From contig JAUWOR010000008.1 in the NCBI GenBank assembly GCA_030612025.1, forward strand, positions 1 to 64,000: a DNA stretch of 64,000 bases, read 5' to 3'. This DNA comes from Dehalococcoidia bacterium (GTDB lineage Bacteria; Chloroflexota; Dehalococcoidia; GIF9; AB-539-J10). Position numbers and translations under genes: made by a program. Under the pieces are notes generated by a model. The model worked only from the letters and a program-made list of their open reading frames with translations. It ran no database searches and was not told the origin of the DNA. Shown here one piece after another: positions 9,684-20,478 of this stretch; within the stretch, counting starts at the first letter, position 1, and every line of letters starts with the position of its first letter.

Positions 9684-12515
9684 TTATCCCGAAGCCCTGT
9701 CTTGAAGAGATGCCTCTATGATTTGCCTTTCCTCTTCAGTTAGCTTGTAAAGGTCATATACCTTCTGATCTATTTCGGCGTCGGTGCACTTGATTTCATG
9801 AATAAGCTCATCTCGCTCGACGGAAGGTATATCGCTTGTAAGGGCAAGGCGTTTATTTAGCTCCAGCATTTTATCCGCCAGGATTACTAACTCACCATGC
9901 ATCTTCTTCTCTTCAGTGCTATCGAAGTCGATATGACGGATAGGAAACCTGTCAAGGTGAATCTTCTTCAACTGTGGCATAGTATCTCTGTTTGTTGCCA
10001 GACGGTTAATGTAGTAGCAGCCTAGCAACTGTGAGTTCAATAGAGCCAGCACATATCGAAGGTTGTAGCACTTATCCTGAGGTGTGTAGAGGAAGTATAG
10101 AGACTGTTCTGGGAAATTGCTGGTGTCGTCGATTGTGGCAAATATTCTATCCCCAGTTTTCCTCAGTAGAATCTTCTCTTTAATGCCTAGTTTAGCCTCG
10201 TCTTGAGTACCACCAGCCAAGTTTGATTTAGCGAAATTGAAGTAGAAATGACCTTTTAAGGCGTATCTCGTTACATTCTCTCCTTTATAAACCACCATAT
10301 CTTTCTGGGAGATTGGTTTGTTTGTTACTTTGCCTTGTTTGGCAATGAATCCCACGCTCGAGTTTAAAAGCTTTCCTAAAGGTAAGCTTGTAACCTTTTC
10401 TACCTTTTCCATAATAGTCGCAAGTCGCTTGTCGCCCAAAGCCACAAAGGCGTGGTCAGCACTTTTTAGATAGAACGCTTGAGGAACTGTCACTGATGGT
10501 TTACCCCATTCACACACGTTCATCTCCCAATAATCAGCGGGTTTACCTTTTTGGAGCACATAAATTGCTGCGTCAGCTATAGTTCCAGGGAAGGACACCC
10601 TATGAACTAACAAGTGCATGTTGCAAGTTGCCAAAATATGCTTGCGAAGGTCTTCAAATTGCAGATTGTAAAACACTCTATCCGGTATTACGAAACTGTG
10701 GAACCCCCCGCCTTTCAGAAGAGCAAGCGAACGTTTAATAAAATACTCGACCATATTTGGCCGATAAGTATCACCACCATACTTCTCTGTGAGATAGTTG
10801 ATTTCCTCCCCGCTAACACCCTCTACGCCAAATTTGCCCTTTAGTGAAACCCAAGGTGGATTGCCAATAATCACATCAAAGCCTCCGTCCTTCATAATCT
10901 GGGGAAACTCTTCCTTCCAATTAAACGGTCTTTTCTCTTTCCAATTATCACCGAAGTAGTGGCAAAATTCCTGCTCGCTACCTGAAATAAGCGAATTACC
11001 CACCTTGATATTCTCATTAAGGATAAGTGGCAGCTTTTCCTGTCTGGCATCGGCAAAGGCTTGCATTGTAAGATTCACCGCAGCAATCTCGGCAGCCTCA
11101 GGATCTATGTCCACTCCGTAGAGCTGCTTCTGCAAAATATGGTGCGGGTAATCAAGTAAAGGCTGTGGTAGCTGCTTGACCAAATCCAACCGCTTAAACA
11201 TATCTGGGCTAGCTACAGATTCTAGAAGCTTGACTTGCTTATCTTCTATTTGCTGGTTCATTCGGCGGTAGAAATTGGCAAACACTCGATAGGCATAGGT
11301 AAGAAAAGAGCCACTGCCGCAGGCTGGGTCGAGCACTTTGATCTCCTTTGCTTTCTCAATAGCATGAACTCCATGTTGCTTTTCAAGTTCGTTCAATAGG
11401 CAGCCTAAGGTATTGTCTACTATGTAATGCACAATCATTGGTGGCGTGTAGAAAATTCCACCCGCCTTGCGTATATCCCTTCGTGCCTCAGACTTGATTT
11501 CCCCGTCTTTTAATACTAATTTTGTGCCTAAGTAAGTCTCATAGGTATTACCTAGGATATCGGAGGTGAATTTGCGGAAAGAGATGTTGTTCATCTCTTC
11601 CATAATCTGCTCAAAGACTTCGTTGGGGACGAATACTTGTTCACAAATGTGCCCAGGCTGGAATAGGGTAGTATTGTGGTGATTGTCCATCCTGTGGGAG
11701 AGGTCAACAAAGTCTTTCATAAGATCGCCGGGTTGGACATACCCACCCTTCTTTCGATAATTACTGAGAATTGCGTCTATGACATCATAAGTTAACAAAA
11801 CTTCCTTATCATCGGCATAGCGAATCAAGATTAGACGGTCTAAGATACGCTGGATGGCGGCCATTAGCTTGTCAAAATCTAAATTGCCATTAGCTCGAAG
11901 AACAGGGTTAGATAAGTTGTGCTGATAGATAGAATTGGCTAACCGGAGGCGCCAACTTTGTAAGGAGGCAAGAAATGCTTCGTCAACATCCTTGATCTCT
12001 AATTGCCTTTCCCATGCTTCAAGGCTACCAGCCTTTACCCTCTCCGGTGATAAGCGTAAGAGTTCAGGTAAGCGATCTAAATACTCAGTAGGGCTATCAA
12101 AAGTTAAAATAAGGCGTTCATGGTCAGCGTTGAAAACATGAAGCCGCTCAAAGTTAGTGAGGATACAGTAAGGTATCTTCTTACCACGGGCATACTTGAA
12201 CAGTTGCTTTTCCTCCAGAGTGCGGTCATATTTGCGTTCAGTGGAGGGAGTTAAAACCCCAAACCTTTTAGCTTCCAGCATCAAGACAGGCTGGCGGTCA
12301 ATCTCCAGCCCCACATCAACATAGCCAGCTCCCCGAATATAAGCTTCTCGGTGATACGTAGTCGGATGCTGCGGGTTTTCTCCCCACACATCCCAACCAA
12401 GGTAAGAGAAAAGTCGGTCTATATAATTTGCCCGAATGTCAGCCTCGGATTGATTTGTGTTGGTTTCATACTTGCGTTTTTCAATTAGCTGGCTGATTTG
12501 CTCTTCGATAGACAT
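9684..12515 (-). CDS. Type IIG restriction-modification enzyme (Eco57I-like: nuclease + N6-adenine MTase + TaqI-C-like target recognition)
   Basis: N-terminal VD..LEAKR and LTNF; GIFYTP, VLDPACGSGSF, IIGNPPW; LALLNSQL; C-terminal IDQKVYDLYKLTEEE. Confidence 0.9.
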   Translation of the reverse strand: MSIEEQISQLIEKRKYETNTNQSEADIRANYIDRLFSYLGWDVWGENPQHPTTYHREAYIRGAGYVDVGLEIDRQPVLMLEAKRFGVLTPSTERKYDRTLEEKQLFKYARGKKIPYCILTNFERLHVFNADHERLILTFDSPTEYLDRLPELLRLSPERVKAGSLEAWERQLEIKDVDEAFLASLQSWRLRLANSIYQHNLSNPVLRANGNLDFDKLMAAIQRILDRLILIRYADDKEVLLTYDVIDAILSNYRKKGGYVQPGDLMKDFVDLSHRMDNHHNTTLFQPGHICEQVFVPNEVFEQIMEEMNNISFRKFTSDILGNTYETYLGTKLVLKDGEIKSEARRDIRKAGGIFYTPPMIVHYIVDNTLGCLLNELEKQHGVHAIEKAKEIKVLDPACGSGSFLTYAYRVFANFYRRMNQQIEDKQVKLLESVASPDMFKRLDLVKQLPQPLLDYPHHILQKQLYGVDIDPEAAEIAAVNLTMQAFADARQEKLPLILNENIKVGNSLISGSEQEFCHYFGDNWKEKRPFNWKEEFPQIMKDGGFDVIIGNPPWVSLKGKFGVEGVSGEEINYLTEKYGGDTYRPNMVEYFIKRSLALLKGGGFHSFVIPDRVFYNLQFEDLRKHILATCNMHLLVHRVSFPGTIADAAIYVLQKGKPADYWEMNVCEWGKPSVTVPQAFYLKSADHAFVALGDKRLATIMEKVEKVTSLPLGKLLNSSVGFIAKQGKVTNKPISQKDMVVYKGENVTRYALKGHFYFNFAKSNLAGGTQDEAKLGIKEKILLRKTGDRIFATIDDTSNFPEQSLYFLYTPQDKCYNLRYVLALLNSQLLGCYYINRLATNRDTMPQLKKIHLDRFPIRHIDFDSTEEKKMHGELVILADKMLELNKRLALTSDIPSVERDELIHEIKCTDAEIDQKVYDLYKLTEEERQIIEASLQDRASG

Positions 12516-12681
12516 GTTAATCCTTCCTCTTTAGGTGGCATCAAAACGAAGTCGCTACTTTAGTGATGGCTTCAGCACCTTGGCCCAAACCTTACATATT
12601 TGCCAGCCCATATAAGCTCAGGAACTTCTTATCGTTTTTCATTTCTTCTATCTCCTCAGAAGAAGCTTGGTTGCGTCTCCT

Positions 12682-13542
12682 CTATTCATGCTTGGGGAGT
12701 TTCTCTGCATTATTTAGCTTAGCATATTCGATGTATTTGCCTAGGAACTCTTTAAAAAATACTTTGATTTCATCTAGCTTGTTCTTGAATTCTTTTTCTT
12801 TGAACTTTTCACTGTGGTATAGTACAGCATAGTGCGCGTCGTGAAAGTCATTAAATCTTACTATCCAACTTTCGACTTCGGAGAGCTTTAGAAGCTTGCT
12901 CTTTGCAAGCCTAACTACGGCTATATCCTCGCTCCTAGTGGTTTTGGCCGTGCCTTTCCCTCCCCTTTCCTTCCGAGCAACATCGCTAACTAAGTAGTTT
13001 AATCCTCCATATATAGATAAGAAGGATTGTTCTTCAGTATATGCACCGAGTCCATCATATAGGAAATTTAGAGCTCCTAGCACTCTGTCTCTTTCGCTTG
13101 TCCCAAGTCTCTCAAGCGAGCTACCTATCATCTTCAAAAGGCTTAAGTCCAAATTCTCAGGCCTGGGGATAACGTGAGCGATAGTAGAATATACGCTGTC
13201 GAGGAGAATCCAGCCATCCTTTGTAGGCTTTGGCTGAACAGGCCTCATATGACTTATTACGAACCTGTAGTTTCTTCGGGCTTCCAGTTCCAAAAGGGCA
13301 AGAAAGGACTTCATGAGCCAATGGGCTCTACTATGTGCCTCTGCACCATTGTTGGCAGAGGTTACTATGTAAAAATGAGTTTTATTTTCTAGCTGTTTTT
13401 CAAACGTAATGAGCTCATCTTCTCCAATTCTGAAGTCACCAATCCCTATCTTGTTCTTTATCCTCTCCCATTCGACCTTGGGCTCAACTATAGCCTCAAC
13501 CTTCCATAATTCTTCTTGGCCATTCGTCATAGTAATACCCAT
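12682..13542 (-). CDS. Hypothetical protein, distant ApeA/HEPN-like
   Basis: Helical C-terminal half (ALNFLYDG..SFLSIYGGLNYL..HYAVLYH); canonical catalytic Arg not evident. Confidence 0.35.
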   Translation of the reverse strand: MGITMTNGQEELWKVEAIVEPKVEWERIKNKIGIGDFRIGEDELITFEKQLENKTHFYIVTSANNGAEAHSRAHWLMKSFLALLELEARRNYRFVISHMRPVQPKPTKDGWILLDSVYSTIAHVIPRPENLDLSLLKMIGSSLERLGTSERDRVLGALNFLYDGLGAYTEEQSFLSIYGGLNYLVSDVARKERGGKGTAKTTRSEDIAVVRLAKSKLLKLSEVESWIVRFNDFHDAHYAVLYHSEKFKEKEFKNKLDEIKVFFKEFLGKYIEYAKLNNAEKLPKHE

Positions 13543-13644
13543 ATAAGCTCTGTAAACCTCTTATCGTTTTTCATGTCTTGCTGTCTCCTCGGGGGCTTGA
13601 TAAACGATTAGATAGCGAGTGTCTTTCAGCAGCTATGTTACCAA

Positions 13645-14322
13645 TCATCGCACGCCTCCCTTCTTTATAGCTGCCACTACTGCATGAGTGCGGGCATTAA
13701 CATTAAGTTTACGCACTATAGAGTTAATGTGCTGTTTAATGGTTTGCTCGCTGACACCCAGCACTTCGGCAATCTGCTTATTGTGATAGCCTAGCGCCAT
13801 ATAATTGAGGATCCCTGACTCTCTAGTGGTGAGCGATGAAATGAAAGGTGCTGTTTCTCTTTCCCTGGCAAGCTCCCGAAATCGCTCCTGAAATTGCTGT
13901 AGTATTTGTTCAGCAGTCTGCGGTCTCGAAACAGATTGAACCCGAGAAAGAATAGCCTCTCTCTGAACTCCTGCTGCCAGTAAACTGGTGATATACTGAT
14001 TTAAGCTCACTCTTTCTTGTTTAGCGGCACGAGACAAAACACGGTGGAGACTTCTGGGAATTCTTATCAAGATTTTCCCGCTATATTCCTCCATATCCCT
14101 GGGTAAGGGAACGTCTTGACCATTGTTAAAAGCTGCTTCAATCCAACACTGCTTAGCATCCTCGATAGCTTCAAAGACCTCTTCCAAAGTTTCGCCCTGA
14201 GTCATGCACCCTGGGAGCTCTTCAATCTCAGCAACGAATCCACTAGCGGGATCCGGATGGATAGTGACTGGATAGTGTAGATTCAGATAAAAATCTAAGT
14301 CCTTACGCATTGTGTTTCTCAT
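13645..14322 (-). CDS. HicB antitoxin fused to a LuxR/NarL-type HTH
   Basis: ELPGCMTQGETLEE, YSGKILIRIPRSLH..VSLNQY, then LTTRESGIL..NKQIAEVLGVSEQTIKQH. Confidence 0.85.
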   Translation of the reverse strand: MRNTMRKDLDFYLNLHYPVTIHPDPASGFVAEIEELPGCMTQGETLEEVFEAIEDAKQCWIEAAFNNGQDVPLPRDMEEYSGKILIRIPRSLHRVLSRAAKQERVSLNQYITSLLAAGVQREAILSRVQSVSRPQTAEQILQQFQERFRELARERETAPFISSLTTRESGILNYMALGYHNKQIAEVLGVSEQTIKQHINSIVRKLNVNARTHAVVAAIKKGGVR

Positions 14323-14560
14323 ACCATTCCTCCAATCCTAAGCGTTCTACGAGCTTTCTGACATAAACTCGCTTTACTCGCCGACCCTTGACCGTGGGCA
14401 CGGTAATGGGATACTCACCTGGCTTGGCAAAAAGTTTATGCCCACTTTTAGAAGGTCGCTCCTTGTATCCAAATGCCTCCAATACCTTAACCACATCTTG
14501 AAATGAGACCTCAGGTGGCTCTCTTAGAAAGAGCTCTACCAATTTTTCAAGCCGAGCCAT
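14303..14560 (-). CDS. hicA: HicA toxin
   Basis: 85-aa basic protein, VLEAFGY..SGH..ITVP..VKRVYV, directly upstream of hicB. Confidence 0.8.
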   Translation of the reverse strand: MARLEKLVELFLREPPEVSFQDVVKVLEAFGYKERPSKSGHKLFAKPGEYPITVPTVKGRRVKRVYVRKLVERLGLEEWYEKHNA

Positions 14561-14571
14561 CCATCGTCCTT

Positions 14572-14593
14572 ATGATATTATATATAATATCAT
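14572..14593. promoter_or_regulatory. Probable HicB operator
   Basis: Perfect palindrome ATGATATTA-TATA-TAATATCAT just upstream of hicA. Confidence 0.65.
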
Positions 14594-14901
14594 TCTATTG
14601 CAAATCACGTCAATAGCCATACCCTAGCAAAGCTACTTGCCTTTGGTTATTTAAATTATACCTTTTAGATGGCGTTTCCAATAGGTTATAGGAGGAGGTT
14701 TTCAGTAAGACAAGTTTATTGAGGGATATTCTGTTTGTTTGCTTCCTCAAGCAGCCATGCATCGGATACTCTAAGGGCTTTCGCTAGCTACCTTAAAGTG
14801 GAAAGCTGGACAACTGCCTTGCTCAATGCCCATCCAACACCTTCTCGGCTTTTATCTTCCACGCTGAAATACTTCCTTTCCTCAGTCAGTTTCAAATTCG
14901 A

Positions 14902-15129
14902 TTACTTTACTGATGAAGAAGCTTTAACTTCTAAAGTTTCCACAGTGCTGGGCTCGAGCTCTCCAATCTGATACCCCGTCAATTTCTCTCCCATATACTT
15001 GCTAATCGCTTCACGTGTAACGTCAGCGATCGATCGTTTTTCCTTGTATGCAATGTAACGTAAAGCCTCGTGCTGTGCCCTATCAATGGATGCAAACAAT
15101 ACAACTCTACCGCCATTTTCTTTTCTCAT
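14902..15129 (-). CDS. Ribbon-helix-helix (CopG-like) protein
   Basis: QHEALRYIAYKEKRSIADVTREAISKY; AAGGAGG RBS. Confidence 0.7.
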   Translation of the reverse strand: MRKENGGRVVLFASIDRAQHEALRYIAYKEKRSIADVTREAISKYMGEKLTGYQIGELEPSTVETLEVKASSSVK

Positions 15130-15275
15130 TTTTCCTCCTTTGTTGTTTTATTAAGCTTTCACCCAAAGAGTCGACCTTTCTCTTCAAGCTTCGGCTTTTC
15201 TGAGCTTTTGTTCCCCCTTAGGAAATCATGTTTCCGTTTGGGACTTCCTCATAGGCATCACCTCCTTTAATATGC

Positions 15276-15668
15276 TTACGGCCTCTTTCCTTCGACGACG
15301 TATACCTCAACTAGTGAAATAAACTTGACCATGATTGCCTCTTGAGAGAATCGATTACATAAAACGTCTTGAGCATATTGCACCAGCCACTGCTTATCCT
15401 CTTCTGTGTTAGGAAAATTATCAATCTCAATCGCCATGACATCATCTTCATAAATAACGCCTGACCGTCCCCAGAAACCTTTCTTAGGTTCCGGATCCAA
15501 CGTGCAGCCTCCTTCACCATACCGTTGCATCATCATTTCTGTAATTTCTTTACAAGTAACTTTGAATTTATTCCTCTCTACTTTCTTGCGTTGCCCACGT
15601 TCATCTGGATTGTAATACTTAGGAAGAAGAACAATAGCGGTTATTCTTTCTCCCCTTTGTTCACTCAA
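15276..15668 (-). CDS. Hypothetical protein (130 aa)
   Basis: Clean ORF; no motif recognised. Confidence 0.6.
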   Translation of the reverse strand: MSEQRGERITAIVLLPKYYNPDERGQRKKVERNKFKVTCKEITEMMMQRYGEGGCTLDPEPKKGFWGRSGVIYEDDVMAIEIDNFPNTEEDKQWLVQYAQDVLCNRFSQEAIMVKFISLVEVYVVEGKRP

Positions 15669-15755
15669 GTTCAGCTCCCTGTCTCATATTCATCTCCTTG
15701 GCTATAGTATTATAGCATTATAGTATCATGTGATGTCAAGTGCCTTACCGTAAAT

Positions 15756-15925
15756 TAAGGCTAAGGAAACGCATCTCGGTTATTTGCTTCCTTAAGCAGC
15801 CACGCAGCGGATACTTTAAAGGCTTTAGCCAGGGCGACTAGCTCAAAATCAAATACCGGGCGAGTGCCTTGCTCAATTTTGGAGATGCTTGATTGGTCAA
15901 CCTTAAGCTCTAATATTTGCAGGCT
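15756..15925 (-). pseudogene. XRE-family HTH remnant (3' part)
   Basis: LQILELKVDQSSISKIEQGTRPVFDFELVALAKAFKVSAAWLL; no start codon; a second decayed copy lies at 14738-14827. Confidence 0.65.
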
Positions 15926-15942
15926 TGGTACGATAATGTTTT

Positions 15943-16033
15943 TGTCACCCTGACCTTGAACGAAGTGAAAGGGAAGGGTCTCTAGATTCTTCGCTTTGCT
16001 CAGAATCCAGGAGGCGAAGGGCTCAGAATGACA
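15943..16033. repeat. Palindromic miniature repeat
   Basis: TGTCACCCTGA...AGATTCTTCGC...CTCAGAATGACA. Confidence 0.75.
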
Positions 16034-16144
16034 AGAGCATTGGCAAAGGCTTCTTTGATACCAAGTCTTTTTGAGTTATAGGTAGCTCTGTTTGCTTTCA
16101 CCCATAGCGAGCTAAGAGAAGCATCTGCTATAATGGGCATTAGT

Positions 16145-17665
<1,521 letters not shown>

Positions 17666-17673
17666 GAGGCTAG

Positions 17674-17931
17674 CTACAAAATCAGCCATAGGACACCGCC
17701 AGCAATCACCAGAATAATGCCAATGATAAGCGAAATCCAGCCACCTATTTGCCAGGCGTTTAGCCAGGGACGCTCTGGTTCATGAGTTATGAACTCCTTC
17801 ATATCCCTTCGGGTTACCAAGGAGTTATAATATGTTTTCTTCTCCCTCTTATTCCAAAGTATAAAAGCGATGCCCAAGAGGGTGAAGAAAATACCCATCC
17901 CCAAGATAGCCCGGCAATTGGCAAGCGACAT
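17674..17931 (-). CDS. Small membrane protein (2 TM)
   Basis: Two hydrophobic segments; downstream of rplL. Confidence 0.6.
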   Translation of the reverse strand: MSLANCRAILGMGIFFTLLGIAFILWNKREKKTYYNSLVTRRDMKEFITHEPERPWLNAWQIGGWISLIIGIILVIAGGVLWLIL

Positions 17932-18047
17932 GTTACTCAAAATTAAAAGGCAAAGGGCAAAGATCAAAATGACAAATCAAAATGCAAACCTTTTTAATTT
18001 TTGCTCTGTATTTTTGCATTTTTATTTTTGCTTTTTGCTTTTTGCTT

Positions 18048-18527
18048 TCACCCTATCTCTACAGACGCTCCAGCAGCCTCCAGTTTCTCCTTTATGGTGG
18101 CTGCCTCCTCCTTGGAAATGCCCTCTTTTACTACTTGTGGAGCAGCTTCCACCAAATCCTTGGCTTGCTTTAACCCTAAACTGGTTACTTCACGAACTGC
18201 CTTAATGACCTCAATCTTCTTTTCGCCGATATCCTTTAGGGTGACGCTAAATTCCGTTTTCTCCTCTTCCGGAGGCGCTTCAACTGGCTGGCTGGGAGCC
18301 GTTACTGGCGCTGCTCCCACAGCTACCGGAGCAGGGGTAACTCCAAATTCATCCTCTAAAGCCTTAACTAAATCAGCTAGATCGATCACGGTCATACTCT
18401 TAATAGCAGCAATGATTTCCTCCTTGGTCATTCCCTTGGCCTCTTTTTTCGCCTTCGCCTTTGTAGATTCCTTCCCCCCTTTTACTTTTACTTTTTCCTC
18501 TTCTACCTTCGCTTCCTTTGGTGACAT
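18048..18527 (-). CDS. rplL: 50S ribosomal protein L7/L12 with N-terminal extension
   Basis: [35 protein letters not shown]; AAGGAGG precedes ATG 18527. Confidence 0.95.
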   Translation of the reverse strand: MSPKEAKVEEEKVKVKGGKESTKAKAKKEAKGMTKEEIIAAIKSMTVIDLADLVKALEDEFGVTPAPVAVGAAPVTAPSQPVEAPPEEEKTEFSVTLKDIGEKKIEVIKAVREVTSLGLKQAKDLVEAAPQVVKEGISKEEAATIKEKLEAAGASVEIG

Positions 18528-18541
18528 GCTTTCCTCCTTAC

Positions 18542-19060
18542 TCAAGTAAAATTTTGAATCCTCACTTGTAGTACATGGCGTAACTCACGTAACGGGGAAC
18601 TTAGAATATTATGTAAACTCCTCACCGGTGCTTGCAATTGAGCTATTAATTGAGAGATAAGGATTTCCCTTGGTGGTAAACCGGCCAGAGCTATAACCTC
18701 ATCAGCACTGAGCACTCGCTTCCCCAGCAAACCTCCTTTAATCTGCACCGCTAAGTCTGTAGATTTGATGTATTGGCTAAGGACTTTAGCTGCTTCGACT
18801 GCATCATCATAGCCAAAAACCAGAGCTGTAGGCCCATCAATGATGCCCACAATTTGCTCCTTACCAGCTCTTTGGGCAGCAAGGCGAGTTAAGGTATTCT
18901 TAACCACGTGGTAATCAGCAGCTGCACCGGCTAAAGCTCGGCGTAACCCAGTCATCTCCTTAGCCGGTAGACCCTGGTAACTAGTAGCGATAACAATAGT
19001 ACTTCGAGACAGATCGTCTGCCAGCTGACCAATAATTTGTGTTTTCTTTTCCCTTAGCAT
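18542..19060 (-). CDS. rplJ: 50S ribosomal protein L10
   Basis: YQGL, VVKNTL, GPTAL, LPPRE; operon position. Confidence 0.95.
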   Translation of the reverse strand: MLREKKTQIIGQLADDLSRSTIVIATSYQGLPAKEMTGLRRALAGAAADYHVVKNTLTRLAAQRAGKEQIVGIIDGPTALVFGYDDAVEAAKVLSQYIKSTDLAVQIKGGLLGKRVLSADEVIALAGLPPREILISQLIAQLQAPVRSLHNILSSPLRELRHVLQVRIQNFT

Positions 19061-19084
19061 GTCTCTAGCTAGGCAAATAAAAAT

Positions 19085-19213
19085 CCCTGCGCCAATGACA
19101 CAGGGCTAACACAAGGCCTCGGCAGGCAAGCGCTTTAACCCCCGGGGAGGATATCTTCACCCCCCTTTGCCCCTTTATCTAGCGAGGGGCGGTACCTGCT
19201 GTCATTGGCACCG
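19085..19213 (-). promoter_or_regulatory. L10 leader RNA
   Basis: Minus strand GACAGCAGG...TTAA...CCTGCCGAGG in the rplA-rplJ gap, with a closing CCAATGAC/GTCATTGG stem. Confidence 0.75.
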
Positions 19214-19239
19214 ATTCATTCTATTTATTATAGCAAAAA

Positions 19240-19950
19240 CTAACCAGCTAAAGCCAGTGCTGACTTGAGATCCAGCTTGAGCCCCGGCCCCATACTGGTA
19301 GACAGTGATACGCTTTTGATATACTGCCCTTTAACCCCACTGGGCCTTGCCTTAACTATAGCCTCCATCACTGCCCTTAGGTTTTCCAGAAGTTTATCGC
19401 TATCAAAGCTAACTTTGCCTATCGGCAAATGGATAATTGCCGTTCTATCCAGGCGAAACTCCACTCTACCTTTACGCGCCTCGCCTATAACTCGAGGTAA
19501 ATCTTGGGGTGGCACCACAGTGCCCGACTTAGGGTTAGGCATCAAGCCCCGTCGTCCCAAAATACGCCCAAGCTTGGCTACCCTGGACATCATATCGGGA
19601 GTAGCCATAGATACATCAAATTCAAGCCAACCAGACTCAATTTGCTTAATAAGCTCATCTGCTGCGGCATAATCAGCTCCAGCTTCCTTAGCTAATTTTA
19701 TTGCCTCTCCTTGAGCAAAGACAAGTATCCTTACCTTCTTCCCCAACCCATTAGGCAGTAGGGCAACACCTCTCACTTGCTGGTCGGCACTACGCGGATT
19801 GACCCCCATCCTTAAATGAAGCTCAACCGTCTCATCAAACCCAGCGTAGGAAGCCTTCTTAGCTAACTCGATAGCCTCCTCAGGTAAGTAAACCCTTGAC
19901 CTATCTACAAGCTTGCTAGCCTCTTGATACCTCTTACCATGCTTTGCCAT
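19240..19950 (-). CDS. rplA: 50S ribosomal protein L1
   Basis: [27 protein letters not shown]. Confidence 0.98.
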   Translation of the reverse strand: MAKHGKRYQEASKLVDRSRVYLPEEAIELAKKASYAGFDETVELHLRMGVNPRSADQQVRGVALLPNGLGKKVRILVFAQGEAIKLAKEAGADYAAADELIKQIESGWLEFDVSMATPDMMSRVAKLGRILGRRGLMPNPKSGTVVPPQDLPRVIGEARKGRVEFRLDRTAIIHLPIGKVSFDSDKLLENLRAVMEAIVKARPSGVKGQYIKSVSLSTSMGPGLKLDLKSALALAG

Positions 19951-19962
19951 CTTATACTCTAT

Positions 19963-20385
19963 CTATTCCACCTCTATTCCCATACTTCGAGCAGTGCCTT
20001 GAATGATGCTCGCCGCTTTATCAACGTCGGTAGTATTGAGATCCTTCATTTTACTTCGTGCAATCTGATAAAGCTTGTCTCTACTTATCTTGCCTATCTT
20101 GCTGCCTTTGGGGTCACCACTACCTTTTTCCACTCCTAAAGCACGCCGTAATAAATCAGAAGCGGGTGGCATCTTAGTCATAAAAGTAAAGGAACGATCA
20201 GCATACACGGTTATTTCTGCCGGGATAATGAAACCTTCTTGAGAGGCAGTTCGCTCATTATATTCTTTGCAGAAAACCATGATATTAATGCCGTATTGCC
20301 CCAAAGCAGGACCTACCGGTGGTGCCGGAGTAGCCTTACCCGCTGGCAATTGTAACTTAATAACCGCCTTGATTTTCTTTGCCAC
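19963..20385 (-). CDS. rplK: 50S ribosomal protein L11
   Basis: [23 protein letters not shown]. Confidence 0.98.
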   Translation of the reverse strand: MAKKIKAVIKLQLPAGKATPAPPVGPALGQYGINIMVFCKEYNERTASQEGFIIPAEITVYADRSFTFMTKMPPASDLLRRALGVEKGSGDPKGSKIGKISRDKLYQIARSKMKDLNTTDVDKAASIIQGTARSMGIEVE

Positions 20386-20478
20386 GCTACAACACCCTTT
20401 GGAAAGCTAACAGCTATCAGCTAACTGATAAGTGCTGATAACTGACATAAAAGCTTAGGATTTCGTATTTATTCATTG

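Noticed and set aside
17674-18048. rpoBC absent after rplL
   Set aside because: Separation of rpoBC from rplKAJL occurs in various lineages; not evidence of a special system.
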